Part shown: piece by piece, positions 1 to 13,924 of the stretch
Layout: every line of letters begins with the position of its first letter
Position numbering within the stretch: position 1 is the first letter of the stretch
Notes under the pieces: model-generated
Told to the model about the DNA's origin: nothing
Seen by the model: only the letters and a program-made list of their open reading frames with translations
Databases searched by the model: none
DNA from: Octopus vulgaris
Taxonomy: Eukaryota
Direction of reading: 5' to 3'
Assembly (NCBI GenBank): GCA_951406725.2
Contig: OX597832.1
Span: 43,090,001-43,154,000 of the forward strand
Length of the DNA: 64,000 nt
Program-made: the position numbers and the translations under genes

Positions 1-476
1 TTCTTTAGTAAACAGAAGACATTTTATGTATTCTATATTTTATCTCTAAAAATACAAAGTGCAATGTCTCCTCCATCTCGATTTACATTTCTTAAATATC
101 TCAATGCAGAGATAATTTTTTGCTACCCCGATCCGTCTATCTGTCTGCTGGTCTGCCTGTCAGCCTGTTGGTCTATCTGTCTGTATGACTTGCTTTCTCA
201 CTCCTTCTCTCTTTCTGTCTCCCTCTCTTTTTCTCCCTTTCTCCCCCTCTATCCATCCCTTCTCTCTCCCTCTGTACTCATACGCATAAATAGATACACA
301 GCCAAGTACATAAATATATAAAGCGTATGTGTAATTATAAATGTATATATACACAGACATAATACATATTTATATGCATACACATTATATATATATATAC
401 TATATATATATATATATTTTTTCTCTAGTTTCAGCTCAGAGCTGCGGCCATGCTGATGCACCGCCGCATATATATA

Positions 477-575
<99 letters not shown>

Positions 576-944
576 ATGTGATCACATACACACACACATA
601 CACAAACATATACAAACGTAGTGTTCGGTAGGCTTCGTCACACAGGCTATATATACAATTTAATCCCTAGTGTGTACGTTACTTTTCATATATATACACA
701 CATACATACATATATATACATATATATACATATATATATATATATAAAATATATATACACACGCACACACAAACACACACACTGCCACGCATTTACACCC
801 TCTCATACATATCACAAAGCACAGACACACTATGCACACATACGAACACGCAGACACACACATACACAACCATATACACACACATACACACTACACGTGC
901 GCACAGAGACACGTACGCATGTCGTCCGAGCTGTGTAATTTCTT

Positions 945-1135
945 AGAAAGTCAGCCATCTTTGAGTTAGGTTGAAGAGGACGGAGAAGTTTCTAGACACG
1001 TTGCAAGCAAGGGAGGAGACTTCGACATGGAGTGGAATTGACGATGTGCCTAAAGCAACAGGAGAGAGGATATACACGCTAAGTCTCCAGAGTCTGATAA
1101 GGAGTGTAGAATTATCATAATGTTTGGGAATATGC
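945..1135 (-). mobile_element. Decayed LINE (CR1/Jockey-like) ORF2 C-terminal fragment
   Basis: Minus-frame [19 protein letters not shown]...[12 protein letters not shown] loosely follows the post-RT 'L.PL.HRR.VA.L.L.Y....CS.EL...PP...R.TR' pattern; stops present. Confidence 0.3.
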
Positions 1136-1198
1136 AGATACACACCCATTCGTTTACAAGTATGGACGTCTATCTGAGTGTGTGTCTGCGTTGATATA

Positions 1199-1256
<58 letters not shown>

Positions 1257-1463
1257 CATATGCATGTATATATATATATATGTGTGTGTGTATGTGTATA
1301 TGTATATATACATACATATATGTATATATATATGTATGTATATATACATATACACATACACACACACATATATATATATATATACTTATATATATATGTA
1401 TATATATACATATATATATGGGTGCATGTATATATATATATATATGTGTGTGTATGTGTGTGC

Positions 1464-1518
<55 letters not shown>

Positions 1519-1771
1519 ATTGCGTATGTAAATGTATATGTATGGCAATGTACGAACATATATATATGTCTATGTGCTCCTTTGTGTCTATATGTACGTA
1601 TGTGTGCGTCTGTGTGTCTGTATATATGTTTGTGCGTGTGTGTCTATGTATATGTTATAATATACCAAGTAGGCAAATATGGTTAATTTTCAATAAGTTT
1701 ATTTTTATCTAAATAGCGAATTCTTTGGAATATGATTGAAATAAGCTCACACAGACTAACACACTCATACA

Positions 1772-1832
<61 letters not shown>

Positions 1833-1920
1833 TATTCACATACACACTCACACAAACATGAACATGTGTGAACACACATATGTACCCATATAAGCATGCA
1901 TTTTATTAATGCCTATACAT

Positions 1921-2165
1921 CTGGGGAGAAAAAAAGGGGTGGTAGGTTTTCAATCAATAGGGATCGTAAAAAAAAAACGAACAATAGGGATCGTGTATCG
2001 CAGAAATGTCATGATGTAAAATGTGAAGGGGGAAACAGATAAGGTTTATCCGTTGAAAGAAAAGCCTACGGAAAAGACCACGGTAACCTCGGTCTATAAT
2101 CTCACATGTTAACCCATTTATTTGTAAGTATGTAACAGGATTATGCTCAAGGTGGCTTCGTCATT
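1921..2165 (-). mobile_element. Tx1/L1-like LINE fragment (last ORF2 codons + part of 3' UTR)
   Basis: Encodes [10 protein letters not shown], as in the 38247-38624 ORF end; shares AAAGCCTACGGAAAAGACCACGGTAACCTCGGTC with the 38.1 kb copy; abuts (GATA)n. Confidence 0.8.
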
Positions 2166-2581
<416 letters not shown>

Positions 2582-3010
2582 AGATAGATAAGCAGACAGA
2601 CAGACAGACAGACGGGCAGACAGACAGACGGACGGACTGACGGACTAACATGTTCTAACTGTAGTCATATCCAAGCTTTCCTATAGGTTTACAAATCTAC
2701 AGACCTGAATTAGAATGGCAACTGAGTGGTTATTCAGCTGAGCGAGTAACAGCTTCCGGTCCGGATCTCAAATGTACATGAATTACCTGCTTTTATTAAT
2801 TCCGTGCTCAATTCTCCAAACTACTATACTTCCGGTTGAAATGTTACCGGTAAAAGACCGCCATTTTATCCAGATGGAGTTTTGTTTTATATGTGTACAA
2901 ATCTATTAGATTTAAATTAAGGCTTGATCGATATAGGTAGTAAGGGGATTCAGGGGTCAGTTATTGCTATGTATTATGTAAATGCCTTTCGTTGTTTAGT
3001 TTATTCCGGT

Positions 3011-3160
3011 ATCATCATCATCATCATCATCACCATCACCATCATCGCCAACATCGTGAACAAAGACGTTACAATCACAGGCATTAGCAAAGCGATTGCC
3101 TTCGCTACCACCATCACTGATATCAATATGACCCCTCTCACCACCACCACCACCACCATG

Positions 3161-3240
<80 letters not shown>

Positions 3241-3852
3241 CATCGATACCTCACCACAATTACGACGAACTCCCCTATCAACCTCATTTACCACAATGAA
3301 CACAACTGCTACTTTCACAATCACCACCACGACCACCACCACCACCACCACCACCACCATTAACTCTATCATCACCACTGATACCATAAAAAGTACCACC
3401 AGCACCACCCCCATGATAAACAGCAGCACTGCCGCCGCCATCATCATCATCATCATCATCACCATCTTCATCTTCATCATCTTCATCATCATCATCATCA
3501 CCATCTTCATCATCATCATCATCGCTAACAGCAACACCTCTGCCACCGAACCCTTCACCGCCGCCATTAACACCACCACCACCACAACAACAACAACAAC
3601 ACTACAAATACTCCCTTTACCATCACCAACAACTACAACCACAGCAACAACGCAACCAGTACCACCATCGGCACCACCACCACCACCACCACCACCATGA
3701 TAAACAGCACCACTGCCGCCGCCATCGTCGTCATCATCATCATCATCATCATCATCCCCATCTTCATCATCTTCATCGTCTTCATCATCACCATCATCAT
3801 CATCACCATCATCATCATCCCCATCTTCATCTTCATCGTCTTCATCATCACC

Positions 3853-3900
<48 letters not shown>

Positions 3901-4109
3901 GTCATCGCTAACAGCAACACCTCTGCCGCCGAGCCCTCCACCGCCGCCATTAACACCACCACCACCACCACAACAACAACAACAACATCAACACTACAAA
4001 TACCCCCCTCCACCATCACCAACAACTACAACCACAGCAACAACGCAACCAATACCACCATCGGCACCACCACCACCACCACCACGATAAACAGCACCAC
4101 AACCGCCGC

Positions 4110-4156
<47 letters not shown>

Positions 4157-4181
4157 CCATCATCATCACCATCATCATCAC

Positions 4182-4225
<44 letters not shown>

Positions 4226-4534
4226 CCATCATCATCACCATCATCATCTTCATCATCTTGATCATCATCATCTTCATATTCATCATCATCATCGCTAACA
4301 GCAACACCTCTGCCACCACTGCCATTAACACCACCACCACCACCATCTATAAACAGCACCACTGCCGCCACCATCATCATCATCATCATCATCATCATCT
4401 CCATCATCACCGCCATCTTCATCTTCATCGCTAACAGCAACACCTCTGCCGCCAAACCGTCCACCACCGCCATTAACACCACCACCAACAACAACTACAA
4501 CCACAGCAACAACGCAACAAGTACCACCACCACC

Positions 4535-4566
<32 letters not shown>

Positions 4567-4580
4567 CAACAGCAACAGCA
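3011..4580. repeat. Compound (CAT)/(CAC)/(TAC)/(AAC) array with about 4 higher-order units
   Basis: Anchor ATAAACAGCA(G/C)CAC...ATCGCTAACAGCAACACCTCTGCC recurs near 3416, 3700, 4087 and 4349. Confidence 0.9.
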
Positions 4581-4981
4581 AATGCAGTGCCAGCATATGT
4601 ATGATAAGGTGTTAATCGAATTTCCTTTCGCTGAAGAATCTCCTATCAGAATATTTCCGCTGTAAATGTAATGTTTGCTCTAACATACATTGACTCGGTG
4701 TAATTCACGTCTCCTCATATAACTGGGTTTAGAACGAGGTTAGATTCGGTGCAACGGAGGAAGAGATTATCGACCGGGGTTTCACACAGGCACGCAAAAC
4801 AGACGCGCATGCAAACACGCGCACTAGCTTACATGCTATGCAGAAACAGCCGTACCATCGCACATGCAAATGTATATGTGTGTGTGTGTGTGTGTGTGTG
4901 CGTGTGCGTGCGTATATATATATACATATATATATCTGTGTGTATGTATATATGTGTGAGTATGTGCATATATTTATATGA

Positions 4982-5020
<39 letters not shown>

Positions 5021-5105
5021 TGCACACGTATACATATGTGTATGTGTAAAGATATGTGTATATTCATACGTGTGTACATATTTAAATACATACAATATAC
5101 AAATG

Positions 5106-5140
<35 letters not shown>

Positions 5141-5336
5141 TATATATATATATTATATATATATATATATATATCTGTGTGTATGTGCATATACATATAT
5201 ATATATGTATATGTGTATATGTATATATAAATATATATATATACAACATATTATTTATATTTGTATTTATATAATGCATGTATATGACATGTACACATGT
5301 ATTAATATACACATATGTGTAACTAAATGTAACTAA

Positions 5337-5377
<41 letters not shown>

Positions 5378-6094
5378 TTATGTGGGGTGGGGGTAAAACG
5401 AATTTTAACACCATGTATTCAAGTGCATCTTCTTGTTTTATTGTACTTTCTTTGTTTCATTCTTGTTTTCTTTCTGCATCATATTCACCTATTTGTCTGC
5501 ACGACCTTCCCCCCACCTTATGTTCTTCAGTTTCTCACTATTACTAACATTACAACCAGTACTACTTCTTTCACTTTCACTTTTAAATTCAAATCTTCAA
5601 ATGTGTAAAAAAAAAAGAAATGACCGTCGATGGTAACAAAATGATTGGTTAATTTTCTTCGTAAGGGTTACACCGGGTTAGGGTTAGGGTTAGGGTTTGT
5701 ATTACAAAATGAAAAGTAAAGTATATGGAATGTTATTAAGTTCTAATAGCTTAAAATTATCAAGAGGGAGATCCGTTGGCGGTGGAAATGTCACTTCAGT
5801 TCTTTTAAGGAATAACACGGGTTTGTTCGGCATGTATAGTTTCTCACAGGAACGAATGTGGGGCAGTTTGATAACTTGTAAGCCATGTCATGCTAACACT
5901 GGTCTATAAACATTACTGACATTTTTAACGGCAAGAAGAGACTATTCTGGTCAATCATGCTAAAGGTGCCAGCCATTGCATACATAACCACACACACACG
6001 TATGTAAATACAAAAATACACACACACGTTCATATACATATATACATATATATATACATATACATATACATACATACATATATATATATGTATA

Positions 6095-6146
<52 letters not shown>

Positions 6147-6148
<2 letters not shown>

Positions 6149-6248
6149 AAAGACTTGTTTTATTTCTATTCCTGAGCGCCATACTAATACATTGTTTGTT
6201 TGTACTCCACCTGCCTTCGTCTTTTGTTTATTTTCGTAAACCTTCCCG

Positions 6249-6317
<69 letters not shown>

Positions 6318-6511
6318 TTGATAGATCGTTAGCCACTACACACATTTTTTCTCTCCTTGTTTCTCTCCTTGTTTTTTCTGTGTCCCTTTCTGTAGAAAAG
6401 CGTAGGATGGAAACGTAAAAGACTTTTTCTATTCCTGAGCGTTATACTAATACATTTGTTTGTTTTGTACACCACCTGTCTTCGTCTTTTGTTTATTTCG
6501 TAAACTCTCCC
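6147..6511 (+). mobile_element. Short Penelope-LTR-like repeat: one 3' half and one full copy separated by (TA)n
   Basis: GTAAAAGACTT..TCTATTCCTGAGCG..ATACTAATACAT..TTCGTAAAC recurs at 6147, about 6415 and about 27213, with a diverged copy at about 44410; hammerhead-like motif at 6386-6421. Confidence 0.6.
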
Positions 6512-6634
6512 TATATATATATACGTACTTTAATATTGAACTGTGAGAATGAGTGCTCAACACCGCATTGGTAGATAAATATTCTTTAATTGTGTGTGTT
6601 AATAACGCTACCATTGGTTTCATGTTAAGAGAAG

Positions 6635-7200
6635 TATATCTCAGGACCAAAAAGTAAACACAACGAACGACAAATGGGTATGCAGAGATCCGAATGCAGC
6701 TCAAGAATCATGCATTTTAAGTTCCCAACAACTGTGATGGTTCTGGGAGTCGTCAGCAACGAGGGAGAAATCATGATTCCTCACTTTCTTTCACAGGACT
6801 TAGTATTCAATGCTGTTGTCTATACAGAGACATTGGAGAAATTTGTGAGGACTCTGCTAGGCAGAGTACGCAGCGGAAAACCGTACATCTTCCCAAAAGA
6901 CTCTGCACCGTCTCACAAGGCTACGACAACCCGAACGTGGATGTATGACAATCTCCACGATCATTATTTCCCAGACATATGGTGTCGTAGCTCAGTAGAA
7001 CTCAATCCACTGGACGGTTACGTATTAGGCGTAATCAAGAGAGAGGCCCACCAACACCCACCAAACACCATATAATCTCCTGAGTCCACAACAACCAGCA
7101 CTGTGTCCTAACTTGATAAAGATCATCTTATTCGGGTATGTCAATGCTTCCAACCCCGTATTGAAGCAGCCATTGATGTTAATGGTGGATTCATAGAATG
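6635..7200 (+). pseudogene. maT/DD37D Tc1-mariner transposase, C-terminal fragment
   Basis: QDQKVN..., KFPTTVMVLGVVSNEG, KDSAPSH...ELNPLD with 37 residues between the two Asp, terminal FQPRIEAAIDVNGGFIE; frameshifts and stops. Confidence 0.9.
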
Positions 7201-7208
7201 GGTTATAT

Positions 7209-7266
<58 letters not shown>

Positions 7267-7689
7267 ATTCATACATGTAAAGAAAACTGGAAGTAGAAAA
7301 AGATGAGTCTGAACACGTCGTAAATTGACTACCGGAACGTTTTCACTAAATCCATCGCATTTAGATTCTGGGAATACTACCCATGAGTAAAATAACAATA
7401 GTAATAATAAGATATATGAACTATAAGAGTAATTGGAATGGAATTTTGTGTATACAGAAAGAAGAGGTCTTTAAAAACTATATATATATCTATACATACA
7501 TGCAGCACTTATACCTCCGTTGGTACAGAAATATTTCAGTGAAATTACATTTCTTCAGTGCTTTTTCACTCTGGCAATGATGCTGTTAATCGACATGTCA
7601 TGCAAGACTAAAAACAGTGACAGATGTTCTGGTTGAACAATTAGCTAGCTCCTGAAGCTTATGTCAAACGATGCGGTCCAGGTCGTAAA

Positions 7690-7915
7690 CAATTAGACAC
7701 ACTCCTGCAGACAGTACACGAATCCATTCGAGAAATAGCTTAATGAATCAGATTGAAAAAATGTTCCTAGAGTACACTGAAGACAGGAAAAATTAATTAA
7801 GAGCAATATGTTGAAGATAAGAAAACTAAGATAAAAAAGAAAGAAATTAGACCGGTACAGACCTACAAATATTTAGGTATGTGTGAATGAAACAGTTTAC
7901 AACAGAGACAAAATA
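7690..7915 (+). mobile_element. Decayed R4/Dong-like non-LTR RT fragment
   Basis: QLDTLLQTVHESIREIA**IRLKKC and TYKYLGMCE resemble R4-clade 'LL.TV..FS.DIGM.FGL.KC...YKYLG'. Confidence 0.55.
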
Positions 7916-8792
7916 AAAACACCTGGTTAGAATGGAACGTTATAAATGTTTTATAAAAACATTTAAAAAGGCGATTTGTATGCCAGAAAATACGGGAAGC
8001 TGATCCAGACAACTTCTGTGAAGCTAGCTCAACCACCCGATAGCTATGCCGTAACCAAACTCACATTCATGTAACAAAGAAAAACAGACAAAATCTTTCT
8101 CCTTTTTCTTTTTAAGTCAGATGGGTGAGATATGGGTGGGTTAGTGTTCTTTAGGAATTCGGTTAATCCAGATTAAGAATTTTTGTATGAATTGTGTTGA
8201 AAGAGCGAGGTGCTGATTATTGAGACATGGAATTGTGGACAACTGTAATTAATCAGGGTGTTAGGTGTGTGTGTGTGTGTGTGTATGTGCGTGGGTGTGC
8301 GCGCGCGTATGTGCAATAAAGAGATAGTAAAAGAGAGAGAGAGAGAGAGTGAGTGTGAATAGGGGCGAATTAGAGCACATATGTGTATGAGGGGAGAGAA
8401 AGGAGGAGGTGGAAAGAGAAAGTCACAGAGAAAGAGTTTGTGGGTGTATGTGTGTAAGAAAAGGGCAGAAATATAGAGGGGAAGATAGAGGGGAGAGCGG
8501 GAGAGAGGGAGAGAGTGCGTGTTGAATAGAGGCATATATGTGTATGCTGAGAGTGGGAGAGAGAGAAAGACGTGGAAAGAGAAAGTAAGAGAGAAAGAGA
8601 GAGAAAGTGTGTGAGTATGAATGAAGAGGTAGGTGAGAGTGAGATGGGAGTGTTGTATGATGAGTGAAGAAGTTATGTGTATCTGTGAGTGAATGAGGTG
8701 CGTAAGTGCGTATGTGTGTGTACTCATAGGTGTGCATGTGTATGAGTGTTTATATATGTGTATATATGACTGTATAAATATATGTATATAAC

Positions 8793-8884
<92 letters not shown>

Positions 8885-9020
8885 TGGGTGGATGTGTAGA
8901 TATTTCTACACACACATAAAGATGTTTATGTATGCAAATATGTATAAGTGGTGCATGTACGTATGGGTGTTTTACTGAATGAGACAAACAAACAGATACA
9001 AGGAAAGAAAGAAAGAAGGA

Positions 9021-9079
<59 letters not shown>

Positions 9080-9406
9080 GTATGAGAAAAAAGGAAAAGG
9101 GAAAATATATAAAGAACAGAAGAGACAAACAGTGAAAGCCTGTATATGTGTGAGAGAGTAGAGAAGAGAGAGAGAGGGAGAGAAAGAGAGAAACAAAGGC
9201 TGAGTGAGAGAGAGAGAGAGAAGGAGGGAAAGAGGAGAGAATTATATATCAATTAATGGAAGGTTCGGCCGAAATTTCCTAATTAGACTATCACAGTTGA
9301 TTATGTAATTTAATTTTGTAAATTAGTTATCAGCAAGGAATGCCGGATTTCGAAGTTAATGGTGGAACAGATTTTTGTGTTAGTTTATTTAAATATAGCC
9401 TTAGCA

Positions 9407-9416
9407 TTCATCATCG

Positions 9417-9449
<33 letters not shown>

Positions 9450-9635
9450 CTATGCTAACACTATCAACGTCAATCGGTTACACTATCGCCACCACAACCA
9501 CCACCGATCTGATCCTTCTCCTCCTCATCATCATCATCATCATTATTGTCATTATCATCATCAGCAGCAGCATTATCATCATCATCATCATCATCATCTT
9601 CATCATCATTATTATCATCATCATCATCGTCGTCG

Positions 9636-9666
<31 letters not shown>

Positions 9667-9695
9667 TATTATCATCATCATCATCATCGTCGTCG

Positions 9696-9738
<43 letters not shown>

Positions 9739-10720
9739 AATAATAATTATTGTTATTATAAAAATATCAATGTCATTGTCGTCATCATCATCATCATCAC
9801 CTCCTCCTCCTCCTTTTCGTCATCATCATCATCATCATCATCATCATAGCCATAATCCATTCTTATCATCATGGCCGGTACCGCCACACCCTCCCAATTA
9901 TCATCATTATCATCCTTATCTTCGTCCTTATCCTTATCACCGTCCTCATCTTTCAGCGTTATCACTAGCACCATCACTACTGCCACCTCAACTTCCTCCA
10001 CCACTACCACCACCACCTTCATCATCATCATCATCATCACTATCGTCGTCGTCATGAAGAACTGGAGCAGTAGCGAAATCACTATCACCTAACACATTAT
10101 TAGATTGCCTCCCACCACCACCTCTGCTGTACACTACCACCATAACTATCTCGAATACCGCCTGTATCACCACTAACACCACAACCTATACACTTATCCA
10201 CGACTGCAACTTCAATCAACGCTAACACTACCACTACTGGCTCCACCACGCCACCCACTACCAAAACCTCAGCCAATACCACCACCATCCCTATCACCAT
10301 CACCACCACTACCTCCACACTCACCCTTACTACCACCTCACTCAACACAATCACCACCACCATCAACATCACCTCCACCACCTCCAGCATCACACTTCAC
10401 CCACTACTAACACCCCAACATTACTGCGGCTGCAATCACCAAAACCGTATTCTAGACTATCATCGCTTCAGTCACCATTATCAGCACCACCACCAACACC
10501 ATCAATACTACACTACCACAACTACCGTACCATAGACCATCATCCCTTCAACCACCACTATCACCTGCACCATCAATGCTACAGCCACAACCATAACATT
10601 CTCAACAGTCACCATCTCACTATCTCCACCACAATCGGAATTAGTGTCTACCACTGCAACTACTACAACCACCACTACCACCACCACCACCACCTCAACC
10701 ACTGCTATTGCTATCTGAAG
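9407..10720. repeat. (CAT)n and degenerate (CAC/TAC)n low-complexity tract
   Basis: Read directly; source of the poly-His/Ile ORFs. Confidence 0.9.
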
Positions 10721-10793
10721 CATTATTGTCACTATCTCTAGCGCTAGTAATTATTCCACCACCGAGATCGTAGCAATACTGCAAAGATCTATT

Positions 10794-11093
10794 TGTTATT
10801 TCTCGAGCCACGTCTGGCTCATAAGGGCCGGTTTCCCAGTTTCCTTGGCGTATAGGTTTCCCCACCTGGACGGAACGCCGGTCCGTCGCAGGTGAGCTGC
10901 AGGATGCAGGAGGAAAGAGTGAGAGAAATTTGTGGCGAAAGAGTCAGCAGTAGTTCGCCATTACCTTCTGCTGGAGCCGCGTGGAGATTAGGTGTTTCGT
11001 TCATAAACACACGCATCGCCCGGTCTGAGATTCGAACCCGCGATCCCTCGAATGCGAGCCCGCTGCTCTGACCACTAGGCCATGTGCCTCCAC
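10794..11093 (-). mobile_element. tRNA-derived SINE family C (V-SINE-like 3' part), with TSD
   Basis: A box TGGCCTAGTGG, B box GGTTCGAATC, CCTGCGACGGACCGGCGTTCCGTCCAGG; flanks CAAAGATCTATT/CAAAGACCTATT; second copy at 42006. Confidence 0.9.
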
Positions 11094-11114
11094 CAAAGAC
11101 CTATTAGAAATGAT

Positions 11115-11325
11115 CTTTTTCATTATAGATACAGGGTCTGAAATTGAAAGGGAATTGGCTAGTTGATTGCACCGACACCAGTGCTCAACTGCTACTTATT
11201 TTGTCGATTCCGAAAGGATGAAAAGTAAAGTCAACTTCGACGAAATTTCAAATCAGAACATTAAGCCGGAAGAACTGCGCGAAGCATTTTGTCCGGCATG
11301 CCAACGAGTCTACCAGCTTGCCTAA
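11115..11325 (-). mobile_element. Old copy of SINE family B
   Basis: Diverged match to the 57961-58193 copy (GAAAGGATGAAAAGTAAAGTCAAC). Confidence 0.7.
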
Positions 11326-11629
11326 TTTCCCTTAAACGACACCCTACTAATAAGGGAAGGACTTATTGTATAACGTAAACCTAACTTTACTATGTTTGGA
11401 AAAGCATGGGATGATCATAGTTAGACCGTTTATGATCGTAAGTCTCCTAGATCAAAAAAGAACTGAGACTAAATGATAAGATACACGAAGTCTGAATATC
11501 TGACGGGTTTGTCACTTCTTCCACCACTGTCACTCCTACTAAGACCACCACCACCACCCTACTCTAGACTATCACCGTCTCAGCCACCACTATCAACTCT
11601 GCCATCAATACTAAAGTGACTACCATAAC

Positions 11630-12330
11630 ATCCTTTGATCATAAATCTTCCGGAGAGCTAACTTGGAGTTAAATAAGTTACTCTATGCGACAAGTTGGTC
11701 ACAGCTGGAACGGCTTTGATCATCTGTCTTTCACGTCCAGTCTGACCTAGAGCTAAACAACAAGACACTCCATGTCTGAATGTTAGATGGGTTAATCACG
11801 ACTAGAACGCCTTTGATGATAAATCTTCTGGGTCAGAGCTAACCTGGAGCTAAATAGCATTATACGCTATGTCTGAATATTAGATGAGCTGGTAACGGCT
11901 GGAACGTCTTTGACCGTATAACTCTTTGAAATGGCCTGAACTAGAGCTAAATAACAAGATACACTGTGTCTAAATATTAGATGAGCTGGTCACGGCTGGA
12001 ATGTCATCGATCATATAGCTCTTGGAAATGGCCTGAACTAGAGCTATGTCTGAATATCAGATGAGCTGGTCACGGTTAGAACGTCTTTAACCGTATAACT
12101 CTTTGAAATGGCCTGAACTAGAGCTAAATAACAAGATACACTATGTCTGAATATTAGATGAGCTGGTCACGGCTGGAATGTCATCGATCATATAGCTCTT
12201 GTGCATGGTCTGACCTAGTGATAAATAAAAAGACGTCCTATGGCTGAATATTTAACAGGTTAGTCACAGCAGGAATTTCATTGATCATATATCTTCTAGA
12301 TCTCGAATTACCTAGAGCTAAATAACAGCA
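11630..12330 (+). repeat. Tandem array of about 97-bp units derived from an interspersed repeat tail
   Basis: GTCTGAATATTAGATGAGCTGGTCACGGCTGGAA... restarts near 11774, 11872, 11968, 12048, 12145 and 12242. Confidence 0.9.
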
Positions 12331-12356
12331 TCGTCATCCTCACAATAAGCAGGTCT

Positions 12357-12557
12357 CAATAATATGACCTCTTTGAAAATCTACCAGTTCTTCTGAACTT
12401 TTTTTGCATGGCATGGTTACTCTTAGCAAATGTTTAATATAATGGTACCTGGAATGAAAAAGAATAATTACATTGTAAATTCGACACTACTAAAAATATA
12501 TTAAGACGCAGAAATTTTGAAAACTAAAGGTGTCTATTTACTTCCTGCATGTCTGTG
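12357..12557 (-). mobile_element. Tc1-like element, 5' end with TIR
   Basis: Close copy of 16560-16720, ending in AAAGGTGTCTATTTACTTCCTGCATGTCTGTG, the reverse complement of 16186-16217. Confidence 0.85.
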
Positions 12558-12584
12558 TGTGTATATATAAATATTTCTGATACT

Positions 12585-12780
12585 GGCTTAAATTGGCTAT
12601 GCTGGAGCATCGCCTTAAGGGGAAATTTTACGAAGAAATCGATCCGAGGACTTATTCTTTATAAGCCTAGTGCTTATTTTATCGGGCTCTTTTGCTGAGC
12701 CACTAAGTTACACGCCAATAACGGTTGTCAAGCGATGGGTAGGGGACAAGTACAGACACAAAGACACACACACACACTAA
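12585..12780 (-). mobile_element. SINE family A, 3' half (diverged)
   Basis: ATGCTGGAGCATCGCC, GGACTTATTCTTT, GGTTGTCAAGCGATG match the full copies. Confidence 0.8.
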
Positions 12781-12796
12781 TATATATATATATATT

Positions 12797-12951
12797 CCAG
12801 AGGTGAATTATTCAACCCCCAAAGAATTCCTCTCAACACATGGCTATGATGCTCCCCCACTACTTCTGCTCGTGATTAGCGATGCACATATCGTCAGCCA
12901 CTAAGGGACATGCTCAACTGGTTAAGATCAAACAACTGACAAGCAAATCTC
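12797..12951. mobile_element. Probable LINE 3'-UTR fragment next to (TA)n
   Basis: CGTGATTAGCGATGCACATATCGTCAGCC resembles TGTGACCAGCGATGTGTAGCAACATCTGATAGCC in the family D SINE tail. Confidence 0.35.
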
Positions 12952-12976
12952 TCGTTTGTATATTTGCAATATGCTA

Positions 12977-13039
12977 TCATCGTCGTCGTCGTCGTCGTCA
13001 TCATCATCATAATCATCATCATCACCATCATCGTCGTCG

Positions 13040-13090
<51 letters not shown>

Positions 13091-13360
13091 CCATCACCAC
13101 CACCACCACTACTACCACCCCCACCACCATCATCATCATCATCATCATCACCACCACCACCACCACCATCATCACCATCATCATCATCGTCGTCATTTAG
13201 CGTCCATGTTCCATGCTGACATCGGTTTTAACGGTTTGACAGGATCCGATGGACCCAAGGACTGCATTGTGCGCTGGTATCTGCTTTGGCATGGTTCCTG
13301 AATGTTGCTGAATGCTCTTTCTAACGTTAACCGTTTTACAGTGTATATTGGGTGACCACT
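12977..13360 (-). mobile_element. Decayed RTE-type SINE/LINE 3' tail ending in an (ATG)n tract
   Basis: TTTAGCGTCCATGTTCCATGCTG...TTTGGCATGGTT...GAATGCTCTTTCTAACG adjoining (CAT)n; family assignment is from recollection. Confidence 0.5.
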
Positions 13361-13399
13361 TGTGAGGCCGTCATGCAATTTGCAAGACTAAGGAATTAC

Positions 13400-13720
13400 A
13401 ACCGTGTTTCGTGGTCTGTTACCACAACAGCTCCTTTATAGGATCCAGTTAGCTCAACTCATCATCAAGAGGAACCACGTCCGGTTTCGGCCCCTACTCC
13501 TTTACCGTTTTGACGTGGCGCCCCTCCCCCCCTTTCGGAGGTGTCTTCAGCTCTGGTGTTGGGTGCATGTCTTCCTTCTCCTTTTTTCTTCTGTTCCCTG
13601 GCCTCTTTGATGTAGCATCAACGTGTGTCAGCGGGCGACTGGCTGTTTTGGCAAATTTCCCTTTAAATACCTACTGCTAGACTCCAGCAGGCAACCCCAG
13701 CAAGTTGTCACGTGACACTG
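13400..13720 (-). mobile_element. LTR/pLTR-like fragment with TATA-like box and hammerhead-like motif
   Basis: Minus strand: GTCACGTGAC, GTATTTAAAGG, then AGAG-CTGAAGA...CGAAACC-GGACGT-GGTTC-CTCT. Confidence 0.4.
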
Positions 13721-13882
13721 TCTCAACTTTAACTGAGAAATCTCGAGAGATGAGGGCGAAAACGTAGGGCAAAAGTATGATAAAAACGGGAGAGAACAGA
13801 ACAAGCTTTTATTTTTTGTTTACTGTAGAGGAGTTACATGGTTACTCATATTTACACACACACACACAGATACACACACACA

Positions 13883-13924
<42 letters not shown>

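Noticed and set aside
5675-5695. (TTAGGG)3, and TAACCC-like repeats at about 19917
   Set aside because: Too short to indicate a telomere or healing event; probably internal to a repeat.
11630-12330. CRISPR-like array (also considered for 61083-61454)
   Set aside because: Units are contiguous tandem copies without unique spacers; eukaryotic context, no cas genes.
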